Position numbers and translations under genes: made by a program. Below, one piece after another: positions 19,363 through 30,100 of a stretch of 64,000 nucleotides of DNA. The DNA is taken from assembly GCA_965226795.1 (NCBI GenBank), contig CBDDDZ010000002.1, positions 160,001 to 224,000 on the forward strand, given 5' to 3'. The notes below the pieces were generated by a model, which saw nothing but the letters and a program-made list of their open reading frames with translations, ran no database searches and had not been told where the DNA came from. The stretch's first letter is position 1. Each line of letters begins with the position of its first letter. Source of the DNA: Candidatus Latescibacterota bacterium (GTDB lineage: Bacteria; Latescibacterota; UBA2968; GCA-2709665).

Positions 19363-20538
19363 ATGCGAATTGAGCAGATTGAGATCAGGAATTACCGGCC
19401 CTTTCGTCACGCCGTGCTTGACAATCTGCCGCCCATGGCCGTAGTTGTCGGTGCCAACGGCTCGGGCAAGTCAACGCTCTTTGATGTGTTTAGCTTTCTC
19501 AAGGACGCGCTGGTCCAAAACGTCGCCATGGCGGTGGCGCGGCGCGGCGGGTTCCGCGAGTTGATTAGTCGGGGAGAGAATGGGCCGATTGAGGTCACCA
19601 TCAAATTCCGCGAGAGCGGCGGGCGGCTGGCCACCTATCTTTTGCAGGTGGTCGAGGACCATGGGCGCGTAGTCGTGGACCGCGAGATTCTGCGCTATCG
19701 TCGGGGCCAGTACGGAAAGCCCTGGCATTTTGTGGACTTCTCGTGTGGAGTGGGAACGGCGATCACGAATGAGTCCGTTTATGGTCAGGAAGGGGCTGTC
19801 GAGGAGCGGGAAGAATACGAGCTTGACGATCCAAGCATCTTGGCGATCAAGGGGCTGGGTCAATTCCGCGAATTCCGTGTTGTCTCGGAGTTCCGTAGTC
19901 TGATCGAGAACTGGCACGTCTCGGACTTCCACATCGCCGACGCCCGGCCAAGTGCCGAAGCCGGTTACGCCGAACATTTGTCTAACCGTGGCGATAATGT
20001 CGCTCAAGTCGCTCATTACCTCTATGAGCATTACCGCGAGTGCTTTGACCGAGTGCTGGAGGCCATGAGCCAGCGTGTTCCGGGCGTTAGCGGTGTTGAA
20101 GCCAAACCGACGGAGGACGGACGTCTCGTCCTACGCTTTCAGGATGGCAGCTTCAAGGATCCATTTATCGCCCGTTACGTCTCCGACGGCACGATCAAGA
20201 TGTTTGCCTACCTCGTGTTGCTTTATGACCCCAAGCCCCATCCGTTGCTTGCAATCGAAGAACCTGAAAACCAACTCTACCCCGAATTGTTAATAGAGTT
20301 GGCTGAGGAGTTTCGCGACTACGCCCGGCGCGGCGGCCAAGTGTTTGTTTCAACCCACTCGCCCGATTTTCTGAACGGGGTGGAAATCGGAGAGATTTTC
20401 TATCTGGTCAAGAAAGATGGCTTCACTACCGTACGTAGAGCGTCCAACGTCAAGTTGCTACGCGACCTCGTCGTTGAAGGCGACCTGCCAGGTTCGCTCT
20501 GGAAGCAAAGGCTCTTTGAGGGAGTCGGACCACGATGA
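19363..20538 (+). CDS. AAA_21/SMC-like ABC ATPase
   Basis: GANGSGKS, SDGT signature, IEEPENQLYP, STHS. Confidence 0.9.
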   Translation: MRIEQIEIRNYRPFRHAVLDNLPPMAVVVGANGSGKSTLFDVFSFLKDALVQNVAMAVARRGGFRELISRGENGPIEVTIKFRESGGRLATYLLQVVEDHGRVVVDREILRYRRGQYGKPWHFVDFSCGVGTAITNESVYGQEGAVEEREEYELDDPSILAIKGLGQFREFRVVSEFRSLIENWHVSDFHIADARPSAEAGYAEHLSNRGDNVAQVAHYLYEHYRECFDRVLEAMSQRVPGVSGVEAKPTEDGRLVLRFQDGSFKDPFIARYVSDGTIKMFAYLVLLYDPKPHPLLAIEEPENQLYPELLIELAEEFRDYARRGGQVFVSTHSPDFLNGVEIGEIFYLVKKDGFTTVRRASNVKLLRDLVVEGDLPGSLWKQRLFEGVGPR

Positions 20539-21087
20539 AGCGCATTGTTTTCCTATTGGAAGAGTTCTCAATGGAGGGCATGCTGGACGTCTTGCTGCCG
20601 AGGTTGTTTCCCGGACTGTCCTTTCAGTGCGTACCTCATGAAGGCAAACAGGACTTGGAGAAGAGCATACCTCGAAAGTTGAAGGCTTGGCATGAGCCGG
20701 GGGTGCTTTTCTGTGTGATCCGGGACAACGATAGCGGAGATTGCCGGGCACTGAAAGAAAAGCTTGTCGTGCTGTGCAAGTCGGGGGGCAGAGACGATAC
20801 GCTGGTCCGTATCGCCTGCCAGGAGTTGGAGGCCTGATATTTGGGAGAGCCGGACGGCGCTGGCGGAGGCGTTTGGAAATGAGAAGCTGCGGGGAATCGA
20901 AAATAAGGCACGCTTTCGTGACCCGGATGCGGTCATCAAGCCATCTGCGAAAATCCGCGATCTCGTTCCCGAATTCCAAAAGGTATCGGGCGCTCGCCGA
21001 ATTGCCCGGTATCTGACCCGTGACAGGAATAGGTCGGCGAGCTTTCGGGCTTTTCTCGGGGGAATCGAGAACCTGTGGCGCAATTAG
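20535..21087 (+). pseudogene. DUF4276 (TOPRIM-like) partner, disrupted
   Basis: FLLEE.SM, HEGKQDLE, RDNDSGDC, then ELEA*YLG (TGA at 20835 replacing the expected Trp) and a frameshift into ALAEAFG...RFRDPD...NRSASF. Confidence 0.8.
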
Positions 21088-21138
21088 TCGCGCTGCGGGT
21101 AGGGTCGCCCGTTCGGCTATCTATAAAGGAATAAGACC

Positions 21139-24100
21139 ATGGCCATTACAAATCAAGAACGCGTCGGCAAGGCGCTCGAACTCCTCAAGGCCGGGCTCGG
21201 CCCGTTTGTCGGGCGCGAGGTCCAGGACAGAATCGAGGTCGGTGGCGTACACATGGACGTGATCCGGCGCTTCGTCGATGATCCGCACCTGACGGACAAG
21301 CCCATAGAGAAGTGGGATGCCTCCGCACTCCTCAAGCTGATGTGGGATACGTGGAACGACGTATTCCGCAACACGTTGGGCCATGCCGAGCGCAGCCTCG
21401 TCAGCGAGATTCGCAGCCAGCGCAACAAGTGGGCGCACCAGGACAGATTCTCCGGCGACGACGCCGACCGCACGCTCGACTCTATCGCCCGCCTGCTGAT
21501 GGCAGTCTCCGCGCCGGAGGCGGACGAGGTCAACCGCATGAAGATGGAGTTGCGCCGTCTGATCTTTGAGGAGCAGGCGCGCAACGAGCACCGCCGAGGT
21601 GCCGGCGCCACCGTCGAAAGCCAGGTCGCCCCCGGCCTGAAGCCCTGGCGCGAGGTGGCAACGCCGCACACCGACGTGGCGACTGGCGGGTATCAGCAGG
21701 CGGAGTTCGCGGCGGATTTGTGGCAGGTTCATCTCGGAGAGGGCTCGGACGAGTACCGTGACCCGCGGGAGTTCTTCCGTCGGACGTACCTTACCGAAAG
21801 CCTGAGACGTCTGCTGGATGGCGCGGCGAGGAGGCTGGCCGGCAAGGGAAGTGACCCGGTGGTGCAGTTGCAGACCAACTTCGGCGGGGGCAAGACGCAC
21901 TCCATGCTGGCGCTTTACCACCTGTTTTCAGGCATTGCACCGGGAAAGCTCGAGGGTATGGACGAGGTGCTGGCGGGAGCGGCAGTCGATACGCCCTCGG
22001 CCGTACGGCGCGTGGTGCTTGTTGGCAACCGCATCTCCCCTGGCAATCCGGTGGAAAAACCGGACGGGACCGTGGTGCGCACTTTGTGGGGCGAACTCGC
22101 CTACCAGCTTGGCGGGCGAGATGCGTTTGAGCGGGTCCGCGCCGACGACGAACAGGCGACGAATCCCGGTGATGCGTTGCGCGAGCTATTCAACGAGTAC
22201 GGACCTTGCGTGGTGCTAATCGATGAGTGGGTGTCGTACGCGCGACAGCTCCACGATGAGGGAGATCTGCCCGGCGGCAGTTTTGAGACGCAGTTCACCT
22301 TTGCGCAGGCGCTAACCGAATCGGCGAAACTTACGGGCAACTGCCTGCTGGTGATTTCGCTTCCGGCTTCGGACACATCCGATTCGAGTTCGCCGCACGC
22401 AGAGGCTGACGATGCCGAGGTGGGCGGCATCCGGGGCCGCAGCGCCCTGGAACGCTTACGCAATGTACTCGGGCGGGTGGATTCGCCCTGGCGACCGGCA
22501 AGCGCAGAGGAGAGTTTCGAGATCGTGCGGCGGCGGCTGTTCGAACCGCTCGCGGGGACGGACGCCTTCAAACAACGCGATTTAACTGTGCAGGCTTTTG
22601 GGGAACTTTACCGCTCTCAACAGGTGGAGTTTCCCGTCGATTGTCGCACCATGGAATACCAGCGCCGCGTTCAGGCCGCATACCCGATTCATCCGGAGAT
22701 CTTTGACCGGCTCTACACGGACTGGTCCTCGCTTGCCAGGTTCCAGCGCACCCGCGGCGTGTTGCGACTGATGGCTTCGGTGATCCACAGCCTGTGGGAG
22801 AGTGGAGACCGCAATCCGATGATTCTTCCGTCCACCATCCCCATTGACGATCAGCGGGTGCAGAATGAGTTGACACGGTATTTGCCTGAAAACTGGACGC
22901 CCGTCATCGAAAAGGATGTTGACGGTCCCGGCGCCTTACCCCTCAGGATCGACGCCGAGGCGCCGAACCTCGGCAAACTCTCTGCGGCACGGCGGGTGGC
23001 GCGCACCGTTTATCTCGGTTCCGCGCCGACCACGGCAGCGGCCCACCGGGGTATCGATGATGCCCGGGTCAAGCTCGGCTGCGTGATGCCGGGGGAATCG
23101 CCTGCCATATTCGGCGATGCGCTGCGCAGGCTGGCGGCGGCGGCGACCTATCTCTACCAGGACGGTGCCCGGGTGTGGTATGCGACGCAGCCCACCGTCA
23201 CCAAGCTCGCCGAAGACCGCGCCGAGCAGTTGAGGGGGCAGCCCGACGAGGTGGCGGCGGAACTGGAAAAGCGACTCAAAACGGACCTGCGCGCGGCGGG
23301 AGACTTCGAGCGAATTCACCCGCTGCCCCGTTCAGGGGCGGACGTGCCCGACGACCTCGATGCACGGCTCGTGGTGCTTTCGGCGGAGCAGCCCTATTGG
23401 AAAGAGCCGGACAACGCGGCCCAGGTTGCCGCAAAAGACATCCTGGAGATGCGCGGCAACACGCCGAGGCTCTACCGGAATACGCTGGTCTTCCTTGCGG
23501 TGGACAGGGTGCGATGGCAGGACCTGGACGAAGCCCTGCGCAGGTACCTGGCGTGGGAGTCGATCCTCGAGGACAGGGTCGCACTCAACCTGGATCCGCA
23601 CCAGGCCCGCCAGGCCGAAAACCAGAAGAATGCGGCTAACGACACGGTCACGGCTCGCCTTCCGGAGGCATATCAGTGGCTGCTGGCGCCGGAGCAGTCT
23701 AACCCACAGTCGGCGCTGTCATGGAACGCGATCCGACTGACGGCCTCCGGCGGGCTCGCAGAACGGGCTTCCAGGCGACTGCGCAACGACGAGATGCTGG
23801 TTTCCACGCTCGGCGCCACGATTCTTCGGAAACACCTCGACGACGTGCCGCTCTGGCGCGGCGATCACGTAGAAGTCCGGCAACTCGTCCAGGACTTCGG
23901 GCAGTTCCTGTACCTTCCGCGGCTCGCGGGCCCGGACGTACTTATACGCGCGATTCAGGATGGCGTATCCCTGTTGTCCTGGAAAACCGACAGCTTCGCC
24001 TTTGCCGAGAGTTACGACCGTAGAGAAACGCTATCGGGGGCTGCGGGCAGCTGGAACGTCAATGTACCGCCAGAGAGCACGGCAATACTTGTGAAGCCGT

Positions 24101-24462
24101 TGATTGCCGGGGAGCAGTTGGAACGAGAGAAGCCGCGAGAACCGGGAGTAGAGACGCCCGGCGATCCTGAGGAAGAAATTCGACGTGACGACACACCACC
24201 TCCGACGCCGGAGCCACCCGAGGTGAAACCTCGCCGGTACCATGGCGCGGTGACGCTGGACGCCCAAAGGGTGGGCCGCGACGCCAGCCAGATCGCCGAC
24301 GAGGTAATCGCGCATCTTTCAGGGATCGTAGGCGCGGATGTGACGGTTACGCTGGAGATTCACGCGGAGATACCGGATGGGGCTCCGGAAACTGTCGTGC
24401 GGACGGTCACCGAGAACAGCCAGACGCTGAAATTCGAGAGCCACGGGTTCGAGGAGTCGTAG
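21139..24462 (+). CDS. Swt1-like HEPN + DUF499 AAA+ ATPase (restriction-like/BREX-related)
   Basis: MAITNQERVGKAL start, RNKWAH HEPN-type motif, EFAADL, QTNFGGGKTH Walker A, LIDE Walker B, FQRTRGVLR. Confidence 0.92.
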   Translation: MAITNQERVGKALELLKAGLGPFVGREVQDRIEVGGVHMDVIRRFVDDPHLTDKPIEKWDASALLKLMWDTWNDVFRNTLGHAERSLVSEIRSQRNKWAHQDRFSGDDADRTLDSIARLLMAVSAPEADEVNRMKMELRRLIFEEQARNEHRRGAGATVESQVAPGLKPWREVATPHTDVATGGYQQAEFAADLWQVHLGEGSDEYRDPREFFRRTYLTESLRRLLDGAARRLAGKGSDPVVQLQTNFGGGKTHSMLALYHLFSGIAPGKLEGMDEVLAGAAVDTPSAVRRVVLVGNRISPGNPVEKPDGTVVRTLWGELAYQLGGRDAFERVRADDEQATNPGDALRELFNEYGPCVVLIDEWVSYARQLHDEGDLPGGSFETQFTFAQALTESAKLTGNCLLVISLPASDTSDSSSPHAEADDAEVGGIRGRSALERLRNVLGRVDSPWRPASAEESFEIVRRRLFEPLAGTDAFKQRDLTVQAFGELYRSQQVEFPVDCRTMEYQRRVQAAYPIHPEIFDRLYTDWSSLARFQRTRGVLRLMASVIHSLWESGDRNPMILPSTIPIDDQRVQNELTRYLPENWTPVIEKDVDGPGALPLRIDAEAPNLGKLSAARRVARTVYLGSAPTTAAAHRGIDDARVKLGCVMPGESPAIFGDALRRLAAAATYLYQDGARVWYATQPTVTKLAEDRAEQLRGQPDEVAAELEKRLKTDLRAAGDFERIHPLPRSGADVPDDLDARLVVLSAEQPYWKEPDNAAQVAAKDILEMRGNTPRLYRNTLVFLAVDRVRWQDLDEALRRYLAWESILEDRVALNLDPHQARQAENQKNAANDTVTARLPEAYQWLLAPEQSNPQSALSWNAIRLTASGGLAERASRRLRNDEMLVSTLGATILRKHLDDVPLWRGDHVEVRQLVQDFGQFLYLPRLAGPDVLIRAIQDGVSLLSWKTDSFAFAESYDRRETLSGAAGSWNVNVPPESTAILVKPLIAGEQLEREKPREPGVETPGDPEEEIRRDDTPPPTPEPPEVKPRRYHGAVTLDAQRVGRDASQIADEVIAHLSGIVGADVTVTLEIHAEIPDGAPETVVRTVTENSQTLKFESHGFEES

Positions 24463-24475
24463 CGACGGCCCCACA

Positions 24476-24496
24476 ATGCGGGCGCGACGCCCGCGC
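24476..24496 (-). repeat. REP hairpin, truncated
   Basis: ATGCGGGCGCGACGCCCGCGC, 13 bp after the DUF499 stop. Confidence 0.7.
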
Positions 24497-24579
24497 ATAT
24501 GTGAGTGTTGGAACCCAGCCAATTCGACCTGATAAGGGAACGCACGTGGAGTTCGCCCCAGGCCAAATCGTATGCCTAG

Positions 24580-26207
24580 GAGTCTGCGCCGCAGGAGTTT
24601 TTACAAAGGGCGAGATGTGTGTGTGTTGGGTTCGGTGTTATGTTGGGAGTGGTATGATGAGTTTCGGGCGCGGTCATCGTGGCAGTCAGGCGTGTTGAGG
24701 GCGAGATATTAGGGATCGTGGCTTCCCCGAGTCCACAAGGACAGGACGCCCTAACTCATGCCTCAACACATCGTCAACGCTGCCATCCGCTTGGCGTTCA
24801 ACGCCAGGCAGACCAGGTACCACTCGGCACGCACCTTTTCCAGACCCCGGAAGCTGAAGCGTCGGAAGCCCAATATCTCCTTGATCCATCCGTTGGGCGC
24901 CTCCGAGAGCCACTTGCGCTTCGCATACAGGCCCCGACCTTCCGGGCTCGCCAGTTTTTCGCCCATGCGATGCGTCGCCGGAAGCGTCTCCGAATCGACG
25001 TCCACCCTTTCCTTGCCCTCCCGCCCCAGCGCCACGTAACCATCGATGCCACGTTCCTCAAGCGTGGCCAGGTCCTCCTCGTTGCAGTAGCCCGCGTCCG
25101 CCAGAACCGCACCGGGCTTGACCCCGAATGTCTCTTCCACCCCGTCGAGTAAGGGAAGCATGAGGCCCTGGTCGGTGGCCGCTGACCCCAGATGCGAAGC
25201 CACGATGATCTGACGCTCGGCGTCCACCACCGTCTGGGCGTTGTAGCACTGCTGGAAACCCTCCGCGCTCGTCTTCATGATCCGAGACTCGGGGTCCGTG
25301 AAGTTGCTCTGAGCTTTCGGGTCGGGCTCGCCATAGGCTCTTTTGTACGGCCGCCCGCCCTTCGGGTTGCGATCCTGACCGGGCTTGCGCCCGCGCGCAT
25401 CGTCGACGGCTCGTTGCGATGCTTTTAGACGCTCCCGAGCCGCCCTGATCGCCGCCAGACGAACCTGCCTGCGCTGCAACTCGACCGGCAACTCGTCGCC
25501 ACGAACATCCGCGCCGTAACGCGCGTCCTCCTCGGCATCAATCGACACAGCCCCCGCCAGCAACGCCTCGATCTCTTTCTCCAGACGAGCCTGTTCCTTC
25601 AACATCCGCTCGTAACTCATGGCCTTGCGCTTGCTCGCCTTCGCTCGTACCTTCGTGCCGTCTAAAGATAGCGTCCCGAAATGTACCAGACCCATCTCCC
25701 GCGCCACACCAACCACCTCCACGAACAAACGCCCGAAATCTTTTAGGTGACGACGACGAAACTCGCAGATCGTCCGGTGTTGTGGAAAATTGCCTGCCGC
25801 CAACATACGAAACGCCACGTCCTCCTCCAGCTTCCGAGCGATCGCACGAGACGAATGCACACCCGTCGCGTACCCATATATCAATACCTTCAACATCATC
25901 GATGGCTCATAAGGTGCGTTGCGACGCCCATCGCCTTCATACGGCGCGTAGAATGATCCCAGATCCAGTGAATCCACCAGATCGCTCACCTGATGCGACA
26001 GATGACCTTCAGGCACCCACTCCCGAAGATCGGGCGCCAACAGCAATATCTGGTCCGGGTGATACGCACGAAAGGTCGTCGGCATCGATAGCTCCCTCCG
26101 TTGACACAACGCACAACCTCTTTACTGCTTGACATTTCTAAACTGCACGACCCATTATACCTACCATTACCTGTCCATTGAAATGAATTTTCCTGCGGCG
26201 CAGACTC
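24580..26207 (-). mobile_element. IS1182-family insertion sequence
   Basis: Perfect IR GAGTCTGCGCCGCAGGA / TCCTGCGGCGCAGACTC with CTAG on both flanks (24576-24579 and 26208-26211). Confidence 0.92.
24763..26085 (-). CDS. IS1182-family transposase
   Basis: Y.P.MMLKVLIYGY, SSRAI, LDGTKV.A.AS, TDPESR, CYNAQ, LADAGY, GFRRFSFRGL; GGAGGGAG RBS before ATG 26085. Confidence 0.92.
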   Translation of the reverse strand: MPTTFRAYHPDQILLLAPDLREWVPEGHLSHQVSDLVDSLDLGSFYAPYEGDGRRNAPYEPSMMLKVLIYGYATGVHSSRAIARKLEEDVAFRMLAAGNFPQHRTICEFRRRHLKDFGRLFVEVVGVAREMGLVHFGTLSLDGTKVRAKASKRKAMSYERMLKEQARLEKEIEALLAGAVSIDAEEDARYGADVRGDELPVELQRRQVRLAAIRAARERLKASQRAVDDARGRKPGQDRNPKGGRPYKRAYGEPDPKAQSNFTDPESRIMKTSAEGFQQCYNAQTVVDAERQIIVASHLGSAATDQGLMLPLLDGVEETFGVKPGAVLADAGYCNEEDLATLEERGIDGYVALGREGKERVDVDSETLPATHRMGEKLASPEGRGLYAKRKWLSEAPNGWIKEILGFRRFSFRGLEKVRAEWYLVCLALNAKRMAALTMC

Positions 26208-26238
26208 CTAGTGTCCAATCCGTCTCTTAAAGGCGCGG

Positions 26239-26427
26239 TTGTCAAGCATTGGATCTGTGCAAACTCACTGGACGGATATGAAGACGATACTTGAAGTAGT
26301 GGCTGAGTCCGATTCCACTTTTGTGGACCGTAGTGATGCCTGGAGTGAGCAAGACCAGGAAGATCTAACGTCGGCTTCCTTACATTACGCAGAGACACTC
26401 TACCCGGAGGAGGAGGATCTTGTTTAG
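26239..26427 (+). CDS. Putative antitoxin (acidic, possibly 5'-truncated)
   Basis: DAWSEQDQEDLT..SL.YA...YPEEEDLV; overlaps the toxin start. Confidence 0.5.
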   Translation: MSSIGSVQTHWTDMKTILEVVAESDSTFVDRSDAWSEQDQEDLTSASLHYAETLYPEEEDLV

Positions 26428-26760
26428 TCCGAGTGATGTGGTGGTACTTGACTTTCCTGGGGTGACGGGCGTTAAACGCCGACCAACGGTGGTCGTTTCC
26501 TCCCCGGCTTATCATACTTCACGGCCCGATTTGGTCGTTGGCCTGATTACTGGCCAAACCGTGGCAGTTGGACCTACGGACTATGTATTTCAGGATTGGT
26601 CGCAGGCGGGCTTGAGGATTCCCTCGGTTTTTCGCAGTTTTTTCGTCACGCTGCCCCGTACTACCCATCCTGCGCGTGTCGGTCATCTGTCTGACCACGA
26701 TTGGAAGGGGTAAGTGGGTGTGTTAGAACTGCCTTGGAGCCACTGGCTTCCACTCCGTGA
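26420..26760 (+). pseudogene. PemK/MazF-family toxin with late frameshift
   Basis: DVVVLDFPG..GVKRRPTVVVS motif; stop at 26713, while the shifted frame continues GVSGCVRTALEPLASTP* to 26760. Confidence 0.75.
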
Positions 26761-26782
26761 TCGGCTCCCGACAGGCACAACA

Positions 26783-26864
26783 ATGCGGGCGGGACGCCCG
26801 CGCCCCCAGGAAGTGTTCGGGCGGTACCGAGCGATAGTCGAGGGCAGGATGCCCTCGGTCCCAG
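26783..26864 (-). repeat. Two tandem REP hairpins
   Basis: 26783-26809 ATGCGGGCGGGACGCCCGCGCCCCCAG and 26838-26864 TCGAGGGCAGGATGCCCTCGGTCCCAG. Confidence 0.85.
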
Positions 26865-27106
26865 GATCCCCACGTTGGGTGTGACGGCTTTGGGCCAATA
26901 TCACCGCCCCCCAGGGAGTTCACGCGAAACGAGTAGGTCGAGTCGTTGAATGAACCAATACGAATACCCACCGAATTTTGATCCAACTCAGCGGTTCGCG
27001 CAAAACGGCCGGTTTTGAATTTGCGTTGACGCCCGGCGTGCGCGGACCTGGGCGACTCATTGTTGCGCTCGAGGAGGTATTCGAGCCGAACGGAGGAGGT
27101 TGAACC

Positions 27107-30100
27107 ATGGCATTCTCACATGCGATTCACGAGACGGATCTGAGGAAAGGTGTCTGTATTTCTGCGCCGGCGGCGGGTCCCTACCAGGATGCGGCCGGGC
27201 GTCTGAAGGTGACGCTGGAGGACACGCTATCGGGCCAAGTGGAGGTGCTGCCGGACGGGGAGTTGGATGCGGGGGGGCGACACGTGATCGCGCTGGGGAA
27301 TATGATGGACAGCGCGTTCCTGCGCACGCTCTACTTCCGGGCCTACGATCTGACCGACCGGGTGTGGCCGGGTCCCGGGGGGTGGGTAGTGCGTACGGCG
27401 CCTCATTCGTTGGCCGGCGTGGGGCACGTTGTCGTGGCGGGCGTGAGCAGCGCGGAGGACATACACGGTGCGGCAGGGGCGCTGGCCGGTGCGATAGCGG
27501 AAAATGGTGCTATACTGCCGTTCCACTACGAGGTGCATCCGGGGCGGTGGTCGGACCATTACGTAACGCCGGCGAACGAGTTGATGTCAAAAAGTAATCG
27601 GGACATCGAGCAGGAATCCATTGGCGGGGGATCGGGCGACTGGACCTATATGATGGTTGTGGCCGATATCGGGATGCTCGCGGTGCAGACGGGAAATGAA
27701 GCGTTGATGTCGATGTTCTGCCATCAAATCTGCCACTTCGCCCGCACGCGCTGGTTCGAGCGGAAGCTGGAGGACCCCACGTTGATCCACGGGTTCATCC
27801 GGGTGCTGCTGCTGCCGTTCTCAATTCTCGAAAACCACCCCTCGCTTCCCTCCGCACAGCGGGAGGAGACACTGGAGGCGCTGCTGGGACTCTTCAGATC
27901 CGCGGAAGGGGCCGGCAATACCGGGCTTCTGAACTGCGTGGGCGTGGACCGGGTGCGCCAGAACCATCAGACCCGTTCCGCGTTGGACCTCTTTTACGGC
28001 GGCCGGTATTTCCACCAGGTGCATGGACTTGCGGAGGGCTTGGCGTGGATGAAGTTGGCCGAGGTTTTCTTCGCGCCGCAGATGGAGTCCAACAAGCCCG
28101 TTTGTGACTCATGGGGACATCAGTGGGGGGCCTCTCTGTTCAATACGGCGGACTACGCGCTGGCCTCGGGTAAGACCGGCTACTTTTCAAGCGTCCCGTA
28201 CCTGGAGGGCGTGGACCGGGCGCTTGTCGCGCATAGCAACCTGGAACGCGGGCCGGAACAATACTGCCGTATGGCCGCGGCGGTAACGGGCAACGACGAG
28301 TACCTGCAGCTTTGTGAATCCATCGACGAAGACGCGGTGGCGGAACGGACCATTCGGGGGGCTGAGGAGCCCCTGCGGACATGGGTGACGGGACGGCGGG
28401 CGGCGGCGCCCGAACGTTTGGGTCGGGTCGGCGTGGCCCCCCTTTCGCGGTTGTTCTACGATTCGATCGAAGACTATACCACGTTTGCGCCGGAGAATGG
28501 CGTGTATCTGCGGAATCTGCCCTATGAACGGACGTTCGACAAGGTGTACTTCCGATCCGGATGGACGGATCAGGACGATTACCTGCTTCTGGACGGGATC
28601 TCGGGAGGCTCGCATTCGTATCAGGATGGCAACTGTATCGTGCGTTACACGAGCCGGGGCGCGTCGTGGTTCAAGAGTTCCGGTGGCAATGCGCCGGCAA
28701 CCGTTCGGGATTACACGGGCGTGAGTGTTTCGGTAGACGGCGCCGGACCGGGGTGCGAGTCCAGGTACGCGGCGCTGCGGTATCTTGAAGAAGGCGAGTC
28801 GCTTTCCGTAGCCGGCACGTCGATGACCTATCCCGAGCAGGGGGACTGGTATCGGCATATCGTGTCCAGCCGCGACGGATGGTTTCTGGTCGTCGACGAG
28901 GTCTGGCCCGCTGTGTCAGGAGAGTTTCTGGTGGAGTGCCGGTGGCACCTTCCGGGTGACGCGACCCTGTCCGGTGGGCTGTTGCGTTCGGTTCAGGGCG
29001 ATGCGCAATTGAGCATGCGCCACGTGGGAAGCGGTCGCCAGGAATTGGTGGCATCGGACTATTGGTGCGTAGAGGACCACTCGCGGTGGATACAGCGATC
29101 GGTGGCAACGCTCCAGCCGGGCACAGGGATCCGGTTCGGAACGCTTTTCTGGTCTGACCCGGTCAGTGGTGGCAGGGATTTCAGTCTGGTCGAGGAGAAA
29201 GCCGGCTTTCGGATTGAGGGGGGCGGCGAGCCCGTCGCGGTTGTACTCGCGGAGACAATTGAGACCCCGGTGGTCACGGCCTCCGTTGCGACGCTGCCCA
29301 CAGCCGGCCGAAATGTCGATGCGTCCGATTCCACGCCATTCCGGATTGCCGGCGGCGAAGCGGGGCCTGTATGGCGTACACGGTGTGTAAATGCCGTGAC
29401 GGCACTGGACATCGGGATGGACAGAGGGTTCGGCGGCGACGGCGGCGGGGTGACCGCGTTCAATCCCGACGGAGGCGTACTCTGGAAACGAGAGATCGAA
29501 GGCGGCGTCCGGGCGCTCGCGGCCCTGAGTGACGGCGGCGCCGCAGCGGGCGGCGACGGGGAGACCGTGCACCGGCTGGATGCTTCCGGAGACACGGTCT
29601 GGTCCTATCGGATCCGGTGGCAGCCAATGAACTGGGATAGCTGGTCCAGGAAGAACTGCGTGGTACTGAGCCTGGCGACCGGCGATATTGACGGGGATGG
29701 CCGGGAGGAGATTCTGGTAGGATGTGCGGACCGGCACGTCTACGCTTTCGAAGCCGAGGGCAACCTGTTGTGGCGTTCCCCCTGCCAATGGGGTCCGCCG
29801 GTTTGTCTGGAAACCGCGCGCCTGACGGAGGGTACGGAGCAGCAGACGCTCGCCGGCCTGGCGGACCCGGCCATTCACGCGCACACCCTGGTTTTCGGGA
29901 AGGACGGGAAGCTCTCGCGGACCCTGCAGCGCCCGGACATCGTGAGTTGGTCGATTCCTTCGTGGTCCCGCTGCCTGCGGGTGGCGGACGTGGACGGGGA
30001 CGGCCGGGACGAGGTGATCAGCGGGGTGGATACGAACCACCGGCAGTTGATCGTGTACGGGCGGGACGGCGAGGTGGTCTGGGACGCGGACCTGGGAGGC

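Noticed and set aside
20835..20837. TGA recoded as Trp (alternative genetic code)
   Set aside because: Many intact genes here end in TGA and a frameshift follows immediately, so it is a pseudogene lesion
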